A DNA stretch of 64,000 nt from a virus (taxonomy: Duplodnaviria; Caudoviricetes), in IMG/VR virus record IMGVR_UViG_3300030419_006251, positions 136,761 to 200,760 of that record. One strand, 5' to 3'. How positions within the stretch are numbered: the stretch's first letter is position 1; each line of letters opens with the position of its first letter. The translations under genes and the position numbers were made by a program. Shown in pieces: positions 10,362 to 19,120 of the stretch. The notes below the pieces were generated by a model, which was given only the letters and a program-made list of their open reading frames with translations, did not search any database and was not told where the DNA came from.

Positions 10362-10956
10362 TTAAAGTTAAACTCTTGTACGCCATCTCCGCAACCAACT
10401 CTAAAACATAGGCCGTTTCTAATGTTTGTTCTATCGATGGCCCCCAAATAAAAGCGCCGTGGCCGGAAACCAACGAACAAGGCATTCTTTTGTAGTCAAT
10501 GCCAGATGATTTAAAATATTTACAAATTTCTACACCTGTTTCAAGTTCATAATTGGTTTCTATCTGTCGTCTGTTCGGGTGTGGAACACAGGGTATATCT
10601 CCATAAAAATAATCTGCGTGTGTTGTTCCCAAGCAGGGTATTTGCCTATTAGCTTGTGCAAATGTAGTGCTGTATTTGGAATGTGTATGTACTATGCAAT
10701 TAATATTATTGAAATTCTTATAGATCTCCAAATGTGTAGGTGTATCGACGGATGGTTTTTTGCCATCAATTTTTTGACCGTATATTGTCAAAACAGATAT
10801 ATCCTCTTCTGTCGCAGCATCTAAATCAACTCCAGATGGTTTTATATAGATTATATCTCCTTGCCTGTAACTCACATTTCCCCAAGTTAACTCTACCAAG
10901 TCTTTTTCGACAATCCACCTATTGGCCTTTAAAACTTCTTTCTTAATTGAGCGCAT
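10273..10956 (-). CDS. araD: L-ribulose-5-phosphate 4-epimerase (class II aldolase family)
   Basis: TWGNVS, IKPSGVD, KPSVDTPTH, VHTHS, GTTHADYFYGDIPC, LVSGHG, AYVLELVAEMA. Confidence 0.92.
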   Translation of the reverse strand: MRSIKKEVLKANRWIVEKDLVELTWGNVSYRQGDIIYIKPSGVDLDAATEEDISVLTIYGQKIDGKKPSVDTPTHLEIYKNFNNINCIVHTHSKYSTTFAQANRQIPCLGTTHADYFYGDIPCVPHPNRRQIETNYELETGVEICKYFKSSGIDYKRMPCSLVSGHGAFIWGPSIEQTLETAYVLELVAEMAYKSLTLIGASSMRIPKYVIDKHFFRKNGKEKYYGQ

Positions 10957-11875
10957 AGAAATCCTCGTATGTAGGAGGCTTAGTGCCCATATTCAATGTT
11001 GATGCAGCTGCCCATTTGTTGCAGAATTCAAGATCAAAATCGGGATATTTTACAGCAAATGCTGCGAGGAACGAGTCGCCGGCGCCGCAAGAATCTTTCG
11101 CTTCTATTGGATATCCGCCATGATGAATTACTCTGTTGCCATCATATAAAACGCTGCCGCGAGATCCTAAAGTAACACAGATTCCCGCTCTTAAATTTTC
11201 CGAAAGTTCTTTCAATTGATTTAATACTGGTTTAAATGAATTTGATGGACAATACAAAGATTTAAGATTATTAGTTGCCTCAGTTTCGTTCATACAAATA
11301 AGATTCGAGCCGGCGAAATGAAAATATTGATTTTTTCCGTCTGATATTTGCGAACTAGCGATGACTTTTATATCCCTCTCTTTCAAAAGTGATATTAATT
11401 CTTGAGTTTGTTTGGCATTATTGAAGAACCCCTTTCTGTAATCTACTAGTAGTGCTGTTTCAAAACTTTCATTGTTTATTTTGTCTTTTATTTGCTGGAT
11501 GTGCTCATTAGTCAACGAAACCTGTTGACCTCTATTAACTTGTAAAAATTTATACTTATTATCACCCTTACTTATCCAATATCTTGATTTAACGGTATTT
11601 TTACCACTGTGTTCTATCAAATATAAATCAAGATTTTCCGATTTCCAAGAATTGAGAACATCTTTGTGTGCATCTTGCCCATTAGCTGTAATAAAAGTGA
11701 CCTTTGCTGATAGAGATAACAAGTTACTAACCACATTGGCCGCTCCTCCAAAAGTGTATTCTTCTTCTACGAACTCGGTTTTCATAGTCGGAGTTTCTAG
11801 CGATATACCTATTGGGTTGCAAAAAATAGAATGATCTATGATTGTATCGCCTATAACCAATATATTATCTTTCAT
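10943..11875 (-). CDS. PfkB-family sugar kinase, HldE/RfaE kinase-domain-like (stand-alone)
   Basis: LVIGDTIID, GGAANVVSNL, VDYRKG, VTLGSRGS, DSCGAGDSF. Confidence 0.88.
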   Translation of the reverse strand: MKDNILVIGDTIIDHSIFCNPIGISLETPTMKTEFVEEEYTFGGAANVVSNLLSLSAKVTFITANGQDAHKDVLNSWKSENLDLYLIEHSGKNTVKSRYWISKGDNKYKFLQVNRGQQVSLTNEHIQQIKDKINNESFETALLVDYRKGFFNNAKQTQELISLLKERDIKVIASSQISDGKNQYFHFAGSNLICMNETEATNNLKSLYCPSNSFKPVLNQLKELSENLRAGICVTLGSRGSVLYDGNRVIHHGGYPIEAKDSCGAGDSFLAAFAVKYPDFDLEFCNKWAAASTLNMGTKPPTYEDFYALN

Positions 11876-12731
11876 GCTTATCCCAATGTTGCTTTTCGTG
11901 AATTTTCTTTATTACACTTGTGGTGGAATAATTTTCCAAAAATGGATAAATTTTGATATCAATATGTCGTGGGATTCCATCTCTGGCCCTGACTTCTTCG
12001 GAAGTCCACTCTCCACCTTTGACAACAATAGATGGATCAATCGCCTCAATAATACCAATACTCTTTGTATTATCAAATATAACCACCTCATCGACACAAT
12101 GCAAGGATTCTAGTATTTTTTTTCTGTCATTTTGATTATTAATCGGCCGATCTGGCCCTTTAAGTTGCCGAACACTATTATCAGAATTGATTCCTACCAC
12201 CAATTTATCTCCGAGAGATTTAGAAAAATTCAGTAATTCAATATGACCTGTGTGTAGGATATCGAAGACCCCGTTTGTAAAGACCACTCTTTTCTTCTTA
12301 GAAGATAGTTTTTCGACTCTCTTAACATGGCGACCTTCTCCAAACTTAGTTTGCAGCCACAAATCTAAAATTTTAAAGTTTTCTTCTTCAGAGGTAGTCC
12401 AGTGTCCTAAACATAATATATTTGAATCATTGTGTTCTCTGCATTTAGGGGCCGTAGTAACATTATGCACCAATGCTGCTCTGACTTTTTCAAATCGGTT
12501 TGCCGCTATGCTCATTCCGACTCCGGTGCCACATATCAATATACCACTCTGTATATCGTCGTTAGTCAACATTTGACTTAACTGGTTCGCATAGTCTACA
12601 TAATCTACTTTTCTTGCCTCGTCAAATGGTCCAATATCTACAGCAATAAAATTGTTTTCTTTGAGATATTTTCGTATTTTATTTTTTAATGCTATTCCGT
12701 TATGATCGGAGGAAAGTCCTATTATTTTCAT
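11865..12731 (-). CDS. rpiB: Fusion of an RpiB/LacAB sugar-phosphate isomerase and an HldE/RfaE-type nucleotidyltransferase
   Basis: N-term SDHNG...DYVDY...ICGTGVGMSIAANR...EHNDSNILCLG...GRHVKRV; C-term FTNGVFDILHTGH...VGINSDNSV..LKGPDRPIN...VKGGEW...YSTT. Confidence 0.9.
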   Translation of the reverse strand: MKIIGLSSDHNGIALKNKIRKYLKENNFIAVDIGPFDEARKVDYVDYANQLSQMLTNDDIQSGILICGTGVGMSIAANRFEKVRAALVHNVTTAPKCREHNDSNILCLGHWTTSEEENFKILDLWLQTKFGEGRHVKRVEKLSSKKKRVVFTNGVFDILHTGHIELLNFSKSLGDKLVVGINSDNSVRQLKGPDRPINNQNDRKKILESLHCVDEVVIFDNTKSIGIIEAIDPSIVVKGGEWTSEEVRARDGIPRHIDIKIYPFLENYSTTSVIKKIHEKQHWDKHER

Positions 12732-12741
12732 ATCGCTCTCT

Positions 12742-13422
12742 TTAGGATTTTGTATATTTTACTATATTCCATTTATCTGAAAATTTAAACGATGTCGGCT
12801 TGATTGTGTGAAAAAATAATTTATCTGTTTTATGTGTCATGCCATCAATAAGGTTGATAACACTACTATCAATACAATGTATTTCTGATGCATTTTGGAT
12901 AATTTTTACATAATCGAGCAAGTTCTCCGTCAATCCGGGGCGAATTTCTATTACTGGTAATTTTGATTTTATATCCACAAAAAACTTTCCTATGCTGGAC
13001 TGTTGGTGTAATAAAACATAATCCTTTTTGGTGTGCACTAAAGTCTCGTATAGTTTATCAGAATTTGGTATGTGGCTCGGCAGTTTAAAGTTTGAATATC
13101 TGATGGAAAAATCTAGGTTTAATTGTTCATAAAAGCATATATTACATTCTAATTCGCAAGTATCTAAATATTCAAATCCAACTCTAAGTACCGGTAGCTT
13201 CTTAGTATTACAGTAGTCTATAACATCCCTGTGTTCTACGGCCACAGGAAACACTGTTATATTATCCCAATCTTGATATAGGCACTGTACAGTATTAAAG
13301 TTGTGAAGCTTGGCTGGTAAATGAATTTTATCGTATGTTGTTGCAACTTGATGTACTAAGCCGTTGCATACGAAATGATCGCCCAAACCTAAGTGGTGAT
13401 GTAGAACAACTTCTTTATTCAT
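12742..13422 (-). CDS. Glycan-associated hypothetical (glycosyltransferase-like)
   Basis: HHHLGLGDHFVCNGLV N-terminus; IHCIDSS; cluster context. Confidence 0.5.
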   Translation of the reverse strand: MNKEVVLHHHLGLGDHFVCNGLVHQVATTYDKIHLPAKLHNFNTVQCLYQDWDNITVFPVAVEHRDVIDYCNTKKLPVLRVGFEYLDTCELECNICFYEQLNLDFSIRYSNFKLPSHIPNSDKLYETLVHTKKDYVLLHQQSSIGKFFVDIKSKLPVIEIRPGLTENLLDYVKIIQNASEIHCIDSSVINLIDGMTHKTDKLFFHTIKPTSFKFSDKWNIVKYTKS

Positions 13423-14308
13423 CTTTAAGCCAATTTTCTAATTTAATTTTTGGCGTCCAGTTGAGCAAATTCTGCGCTTTTGTATTATCAGCCAATGAAA
13501 TTTCAGCTTCCGCTGGGCGAGGCGGAATGAAAGTATATTCTCCTCCGACAAGTTTTGCTAGCTCAACAATGCTGTGATTTTCTCCCGTTCCTATGTTTAT
13601 AAGTTGGCCAATTGGCTTCTTATTTTCTAAATCTGCTGCTAATATATTAGCGGCGACTACATCAAGCACATTGGTAAAGTCTCTTCGCTGCCTTCCTGAG
13701 CCTATTATAGTCATCGGCAGACCCGCACCCTTCTGTCTTAGAAAGAGACCTACTACGGGTGCATATTGTCCTCTTACGGGCTGCCTTTTTCCATATACAT
13801 TAAAATATCTGAAGACAACGGTTTCAAGCCCATATAAATCCATATACATTTTACACAAATCTTCGCCGGCACATTTCGAAATTGAATAAGGATTTAAACA
13901 ATCTCGCGGCATATCCTCGTGGAGTGGAGGAATGTTTTTAAGTCCATAAGCAGCAGAAGTAGAGGAATAAACTACCCGTTTAACACCAGCTTCGCGTGAT
14001 GCTTGAAGTATGTTGCATGTGCCGACAGTGTTTACGGTTGTTGCATAAATAGGATTGTGAATAGCTGGCTGGATTCTTGACTCAGCTGCTAGATGAAAAA
14101 CAACATCGATATCTGTAAATAAGTGTCGTATTGCATCATATTCGCAGATATCATATTTATAGTTTTTTGCATTCTCGTTCCAGTAAAATTGTTCATGTGC
14201 ATCGGAAGACTCATTATCAATAACTATTACCTCATGTTCTAAATTGATCAATTCGTCAACTAAATTGCTTCCAATAAATCCAGCGCCGCCCGTAACTAAA
14301 CATCTCAT
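13415..14308 (-). CDS. NAD-dependent nucleotide-sugar epimerase/dehydratase (extended SDR)
   Basis: VTGGAGFIGSNL, FHLAA, YSSTSAAYG, PYSISK, FRYFNVYG, RDFTNV. Confidence 0.92.
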   Translation of the reverse strand: MRCLVTGGAGFIGSNLVDELINLEHEVIVIDNESSDAHEQFYWNENAKNYKYDICEYDAIRHLFTDIDVVFHLAAESRIQPAIHNPIYATTVNTVGTCNILQASREAGVKRVVYSSTSAAYGLKNIPPLHEDMPRDCLNPYSISKCAGEDLCKMYMDLYGLETVVFRYFNVYGKRQPVRGQYAPVVGLFLRQKGAGLPMTIIGSGRQRRDFTNVLDVVAANILAADLENKKPIGQLINIGTGENHSIVELAKLVGGEYTFIPPRPAEAEISLADNTKAQNLLNWTPKIKLENWLKDE

Positions 14309-15264
14309 TTTGCGTTCCCTTCAATAAACACATCATTAAATTTTTTCATAACATTCTCTGGCGTGTATTTATCTACTAATACACTGTACTTTCCACCATG
14401 CGTTTCTCGTCTGACATTTACCAGATGTGTATATAACTCTTCTGGTTCGTTATACCATAGACCTTCTTCGCCAAGCATCTTAAGGTGATTTTGATCGCCC
14501 CCTCCTGGCCAAGCAATTACTGGCTTATCGTGATACAAAAACTCTCCTATTGCTAAACCAAAACTTTCTCCCATGGCCCGGGCATGAATCATCGCATCGC
14601 ACATTCCAATAAAATTTGATTTTTCTTGTAAATCGTAAATCGGATCTAAATGAATAATATTGGGCAAAGGCATACAAAATCGATCTGTATTTAAAAATAC
14701 AAAATATAAAAATCTATTATTTAAAGCTGCTCGTTCAATAATCGAACCAATGGGCAAATTAAATTGATCTCTTCCGCCGTGTCGGCCAATAACAACTGCG
14801 TGTTCTGGAATATTCAATTGTGCGCGCATATCTGCATTTGGTTGTGGCATATTGATCATGTGAGGTACATACGGAGAATTACCAGAGGTCATCTTATCTG
14901 ACAACCACTCCGACACATACGCATATATATCGCCGTGCGGCTCATAGTTTTGGAAAACTGCATGGACACCTGTTTTACACGCATCTGTTATTTTTCCATC
15001 TTTTTCTCCGCCTTTGATCATATAAAGTAAATCCGCCTGCTCTGCTTTAATAATTGCATCAACTTCGGACCAGTCATCGTATCCAAAAATCTCAAAATGT
15101 TTTTTGTACTTTTCAATCCCTAAAGGATGATTGGCGGTAGAACCCTTCCAGTGTAAAACAATAGATTCATTTCCTAATATTTTTCTATTAAAATATGCAT
15201 AATCAAACATGGCTACAGAGGCGCCTCGCAAGCATATTTCATTTGAGTGAAAGGCAATTTTCAT
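14305..15264 (-). CDS. GT-B (GT4-like) glycosyltransferase
   Basis: LRGASVAMFDYA; DAMIHARAMGESFGLAIGEF...KPVI. Confidence 0.8.
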   Translation of the reverse strand: MKIAFHSNEICLRGASVAMFDYAYFNRKILGNESIVLHWKGSTANHPLGIEKYKKHFEIFGYDDWSEVDAIIKAEQADLLYMIKGGEKDGKITDACKTGVHAVFQNYEPHGDIYAYVSEWLSDKMTSGNSPYVPHMINMPQPNADMRAQLNIPEHAVVIGRHGGRDQFNLPIGSIIERAALNNRFLYFVFLNTDRFCMPLPNIIHLDPIYDLQEKSNFIGMCDAMIHARAMGESFGLAIGEFLYHDKPVIAWPGGGDQNHLKMLGEEGLWYNEPEELYTHLVNVRRETHGGKYSVLVDKYTPENVMKKFNDVFIEGNAK

Positions 15265-15938
15265 TTTAATATCTCACTGTTATAAAGGCCGCATTGCGAA
15301 CCTTGTCTTGTAATTGGTGGCTCCCACCAATATACTTTCATATCCGCCTCCTTCATATGATAATTGATCTCGAAATCAATTGGAAGCGTAAATGGTTTTG
15401 TATTCTTGTTTATTATAGCAGCTGCTTCATAGTTTATTAAATACGAATCTACACATTTGCTAGCCGGATGTTCTTTGCGATATGCCACAACTCCGTCTTT
15501 CACCTTTCTTTTAGGAATTCTTAAATTACAACCATTGCCTATAAAAATCAAATCCCAATCTTTTGGAGTCGATAGCAAATTAAAATTAAACACTTCAACA
15601 AATCTATCACTAAATAACAAATCATCTTCTAAAATAAGGGCGGTAGATATTTTATTATTTACAATATCTTCCCAGATTTTAATATGTTTATATGCAATTG
15701 ATTTTTCAGATTTAGTAAGTTCTTTCCAAGGTATTGGGCCGCCATAATCTAAACTAAAAATTTTTTTATACCACAAATCACAATTACTATCATAGATCTC
15801 ACCTAACTGCTTCTCAGTTGGCTCACACTCAATCCATGTTACATCAATATTAAACTCTTGAAGTGTTTTGAGTAATTTTTCTTTTCTTTCTCGCAGCGGA
15901 GTATAATGAGCTACATAAATCTTATCAACCATCAACAT
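15261..15938 (-). CDS. GT25-like glycosyltransferase
   Basis: IYVAHY...R; KHIKIWEDI; ALILEDD; CVDSYLI; PIDFEI. Confidence 0.8.
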   Translation of the reverse strand: MLMVDKIYVAHYTPLRERKEKLLKTLQEFNIDVTWIECEPTEKQLGEIYDSNCDLWYKKIFSLDYGGPIPWKELTKSEKSIAYKHIKIWEDIVNNKISTALILEDDLLFSDRFVEVFNFNLLSTPKDWDLIFIGNGCNLRIPKRKVKDGVVAYRKEHPASKCVDSYLINYEAAAIINKNTKPFTLPIDFEINYHMKEADMKVYWWEPPITRQGSQCGLYNSEILK

Positions 15939-16813
15939 ATTATATTCTCCTCAAAAAACTTAAGCACTGATTCGGGCTTAACCGAGTCTGGAATTTTTCC
16001 TGATGGGAAAACCGGGGCTGTGATGTATTGTTCATATAAACTATCGTCTGATTCAATTTCCTCAATTAAATCGACTACTTCAACCAAATCATTAAATTTA
16101 TGTACATCAATAAATGCGTCTTTGTTGAAGTCCAAATGAGCAATCGGAGATCCCCAATAGATAGGAATACTACCAATCGACAATGGGTGCAACAACTTTT
16201 CTGTTGTATATCCCGGATGCGATGAATTTTCTGCCGCAATTGTAAACCGGTAATTTGAAATAAAATCTACTTTGGGCTTCTGATCTCCTCGACCCGGAAT
16301 TCGTTGACCCATATTGTTTAAAAGACTGCCGGCAGAGTCAACTCGCTCGTACATTGAAATTTCATTTAACAGTGGTACTCGAATTCCCGTATGGTTGGAA
16401 AAAATAAAATTACAAAACTTTGGTTTCTTCCTTATTTTTCGAGGGCCAATTAAATTATTTAAAGGAGTTAAATAAGAAACATCTCGCTCTTCTGAGTGGG
16501 GTACATTGAACCAATTAATCCACAGCACCCAGAGAGGTAGGCGATAGTTTTTTGGGTTGTCCGAAAAATCAAATGAAAATGCAAATTCGCATTCATCGAA
16601 ATTGGGCCTTTTATTCTCGCCAGTATAATAAACCTTTCGCGTCGTGCTGTGCGCTTTGTGCGAAGTTCCGAAATCTGCATAAAAAAGAATATCTGGAGTT
16701 TCGCTTATCTCCACATCGTACTTGGTCGAAAGAAGATGATAAAAATAATTGTCCGTTGCAACAAAGTTTGGCCAAAAGTCAGCAAAGTTAATTTTTAACT
16801 TCATATATCCCAC
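15932..16813 (-). CDS. GT10-family alpha-1,3/1,4-fucosyltransferase
   Basis: YTGEN, SFDF, YRLPLW, KFCNFIFSN, YRFTIAAENS..GYTTEKL...GSIPIYWG. Confidence 0.9.
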   Translation of the reverse strand: MGYMKLKINFADFWPNFVATDNYFYHLLSTKYDVEISETPDILFYADFGTSHKAHSTTRKVYYTGENKRPNFDECEFAFSFDFSDNPKNYRLPLWVLWINWFNVPHSEERDVSYLTPLNNLIGPRKIRKKPKFCNFIFSNHTGIRVPLLNEISMYERVDSAGSLLNNMGQRIPGRGDQKPKVDFISNYRFTIAAENSSHPGYTTEKLLHPLSIGSIPIYWGSPIAHLDFNKDAFIDVHKFNDLVEVVDLIEEIESDDSLYEQYITAPVFPSGKIPDSVKPESVLKFFEENIIC

Positions 16814-17463
16814 ACCCTGCTGTCGACATCATTTTCGTCAAATACTTGTCCTATAAAGTTAACAGGATATCCACCCTCGTCCAAACCTCCTTCTCGTTTT
16901 ACGGGAAAAGGTTTCTTTTCAAAATAATCATCATGTACGCAAGATTCTTCGCGGACGATTGGGTATATTACATTTCTCAAAAAATCTTGATCAATCTGCC
17001 ATCTGTCTTCTTTCGGAAATCTACTAATCAAACGCGACATGTTAGATAAAAGACTATTTCTTACGCCCCACATTCCGCCCATGATTGGTGCTGCGTGACA
17101 TGGGTGATCTCTCATAATATGAAAATCCTTATCTCCAGCCAACCAATCATCAACTGCTGCTTTCTCTCTTTGTGTTAGACGACTATCTGTGTCCCGCGAG
17201 ATCATGACATCGACATTAGGATCTGATGCCGCATAAAACCTCCAAAACATTCCGTTCCAATCGCCGGGATCCTGCATGATGTATAATTCAGTATTATTCA
17301 TCATGAATAAGTTGTTGATGATTCCCATGGGAACACATTTGGCAATATAAAATCGACATACCCAATCAGGATAAATTTCTTTTGCCAGTTGTGCATTTTT
17401 TATTGCACCAACAGTATATCTCGGATTCGAACCCCACAAACAAAAACTAATGACCTTTTTCAT
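16801..17463 (-). CDS. Conserved glycan-associated hypothetical (GT-A-like)
   Basis: ISFCLWG...Y.VGAIKN; MFWRF; ISRDTDSRL; HIMRDHP.H...IMGGMWG; DQDFL. Confidence 0.6.
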   Translation of the reverse strand: MKKVISFCLWGSNPRYTVGAIKNAQLAKEIYPDWVCRFYIAKCVPMGIINNLFMMNNTELYIMQDPGDWNGMFWRFYAASDPNVDVMISRDTDSRLTQREKAAVDDWLAGDKDFHIMRDHPCHAAPIMGGMWGVRNSLLSNMSRLISRFPKEDRWQIDQDFLRNVIYPIVREESCVHDDYFEKKPFPVKREGGLDEGGYPVNFIGQVFDENDVDSRVWDI

Positions 17464-18257
17464 AAACTCTCCACAATTCTTTTTGTTGTTTCAAACGAGC
17501 CTAGTCTAGAACAATTACGCTCGTACCATTGCCTGCCGTAGTAAGACAGGTATTGCCATTGCGCCTCAGAGCAGCCTTTGACCGCCTGCTGAACCTCTTG
17601 TGGCGTCTCAGCCCTTAAATAGTGCTTTCCCTCTATTAGAGGGTCGTGATAGGCCGTACAGACGCCTTCTGTAATTACCGGGACAACTCCAAGGCCCAAA
17701 TATTCAATTTCTCTATTACATTTGGGCCCGTACCCCGGAAGGCACAACCCAAATTTTGTACTAGCAACTTTTTCTAAATATTCGTCTTGTGTAAATGGCC
17801 AATTAAAGCTATCACCCATCGCAATGGGCATGTTGAACAGCTCTATGGCTTCAAACCAGTTGTGAGCAGTTCTGTTTGCCAACTGAACTCTATTTTCGAC
17901 TTTTCCGAGGAATATAGATTCAATTTCTCGCTCTGCATATGTTTTAATTCCATTGTGAATCTTTTCCTCTAATTTTCGAGGATGTCTGGCCCAATAAATC
18001 CAAGGATGAGCGTTTGGCCATCGGTGCTGCATACCGGCAAATAGGCCGCTCTTCCAGTGGCCAGGAAGATTCGGGTAAACATCATAACGATCATACTCAT
18101 AAAGCAAAATATCTCCAGGTTCGTTAGCCCAAAGAAATACATCACCAGCATCGTCATCTATTATTTCGCAATAACCAGATTCTTGCCACATATCTAATAG
18201 TTCTCTTGATGTGTCACCTTTGTGTTCTGGAGTTTGTACGCCTCTGTGGATTTTCAT
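17460..18257 (-). CDS. Glycosyltransferase-like (exostosin/GT47-like C-terminus)
   Basis: YLEKVASTKFGLCLPGYGPKCNREIEYLGLGVVPV. Confidence 0.55.
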   Translation of the reverse strand: MKIHRGVQTPEHKGDTSRELLDMWQESGYCEIIDDDAGDVFLWANEPGDILLYEYDRYDVYPNLPGHWKSGLFAGMQHRWPNAHPWIYWARHPRKLEEKIHNGIKTYAEREIESIFLGKVENRVQLANRTAHNWFEAIELFNMPIAMGDSFNWPFTQDEYLEKVASTKFGLCLPGYGPKCNREIEYLGLGVVPVITEGVCTAYHDPLIEGKHYLRAETPQEVQQAVKGCSEAQWQYLSYYGRQWYERNCSRLGSFETTKRIVESL

Positions 18258-19120
18258 GCTGCTCCGTAGAAGTTTTTAAGCTCGTTATTCTCAAACAGCT
18301 TGTTTCTTATTTCGGGAAACCGGTTTAACAAGTGTTTTGTGTATTTTCCACGAGAATCAACCGGTTCCCCTGCCCAATTATCTAGATCACACTGTTTTTG
18401 AAGCAAAAATACCATTTTTTGCTCATTATTCATTTTTATCTGCGATATTTGCTCTTTTGAGGCCTCAATACACGGAAAATCTTGAGAATTCGCCTGATTA
18501 TACGCCTTATGGTCAAAAAAGTGATTTTTTGTGAATTCTGGGCTATTTGTGAATCTTTCTATCATTAAATCCTGATCTGAGCCATAATTTCCGTGTTTCA
18601 TTGCATAATATGTATAAAAACTATCAAATTTCATTATATATGGCACTTTTTGAGGTTTAAAGCTCGATAATCCTGCTAGCATGCGACATTTTATGCCATA
18701 ATGGTTCTGATGTGTTCTTAAAGTACCAATTGCGCACGAAGATTGTTCAAATGCGCTTGTATATCGATATTCTGTCTCTGTTGGGATTGAATCTATATCT
18801 CTGGTATGAAAAACTTCAATATCCCTCTCCCACAATGGCATCATACGCCAAATAGCCGGCTCGGTACCGGCATATTCTAGCTCAATTGTTTCATATGTCT
18901 GCGATAAGGCTTCAAATACCGGAAATAAGCGATGTTCCATAATATTTGGAGTAATATAGACGCGCATTTCATGGTTTGGGTATAATATTCGGTTTGTTAA
19001 CACTACTGAAGGGAGGTTAAACCAATATCTATCCCTATTAGCCCTATGTTTGTCGTGTGTTCTGTGTTGTGGTAGAATTTTTGGACTGAACAGACTGTAC
19101 GAAAGCACCTTCTTCAGCAT
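18254..19120 (-). CDS. Divergent paralog of 16801..17463
   Basis: KVLSYSLF, IWRMMPL, RDIDS, MLAGL, DQDLM match the same motif order. Confidence 0.5.
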   Translation of the reverse strand: MLKKVLSYSLFSPKILPQHRTHDKHRANRDRYWFNLPSVVLTNRILYPNHEMRVYITPNIMEHRLFPVFEALSQTYETIELEYAGTEPAIWRMMPLWERDIEVFHTRDIDSIPTETEYRYTSAFEQSSCAIGTLRTHQNHYGIKCRMLAGLSSFKPQKVPYIMKFDSFYTYYAMKHGNYGSDQDLMIERFTNSPEFTKNHFFDHKAYNQANSQDFPCIEASKEQISQIKMNNEQKMVFLLQKQCDLDNWAGEPVDSRGKYTKHLLNRFPEIRNKLFENNELKNFYGAA

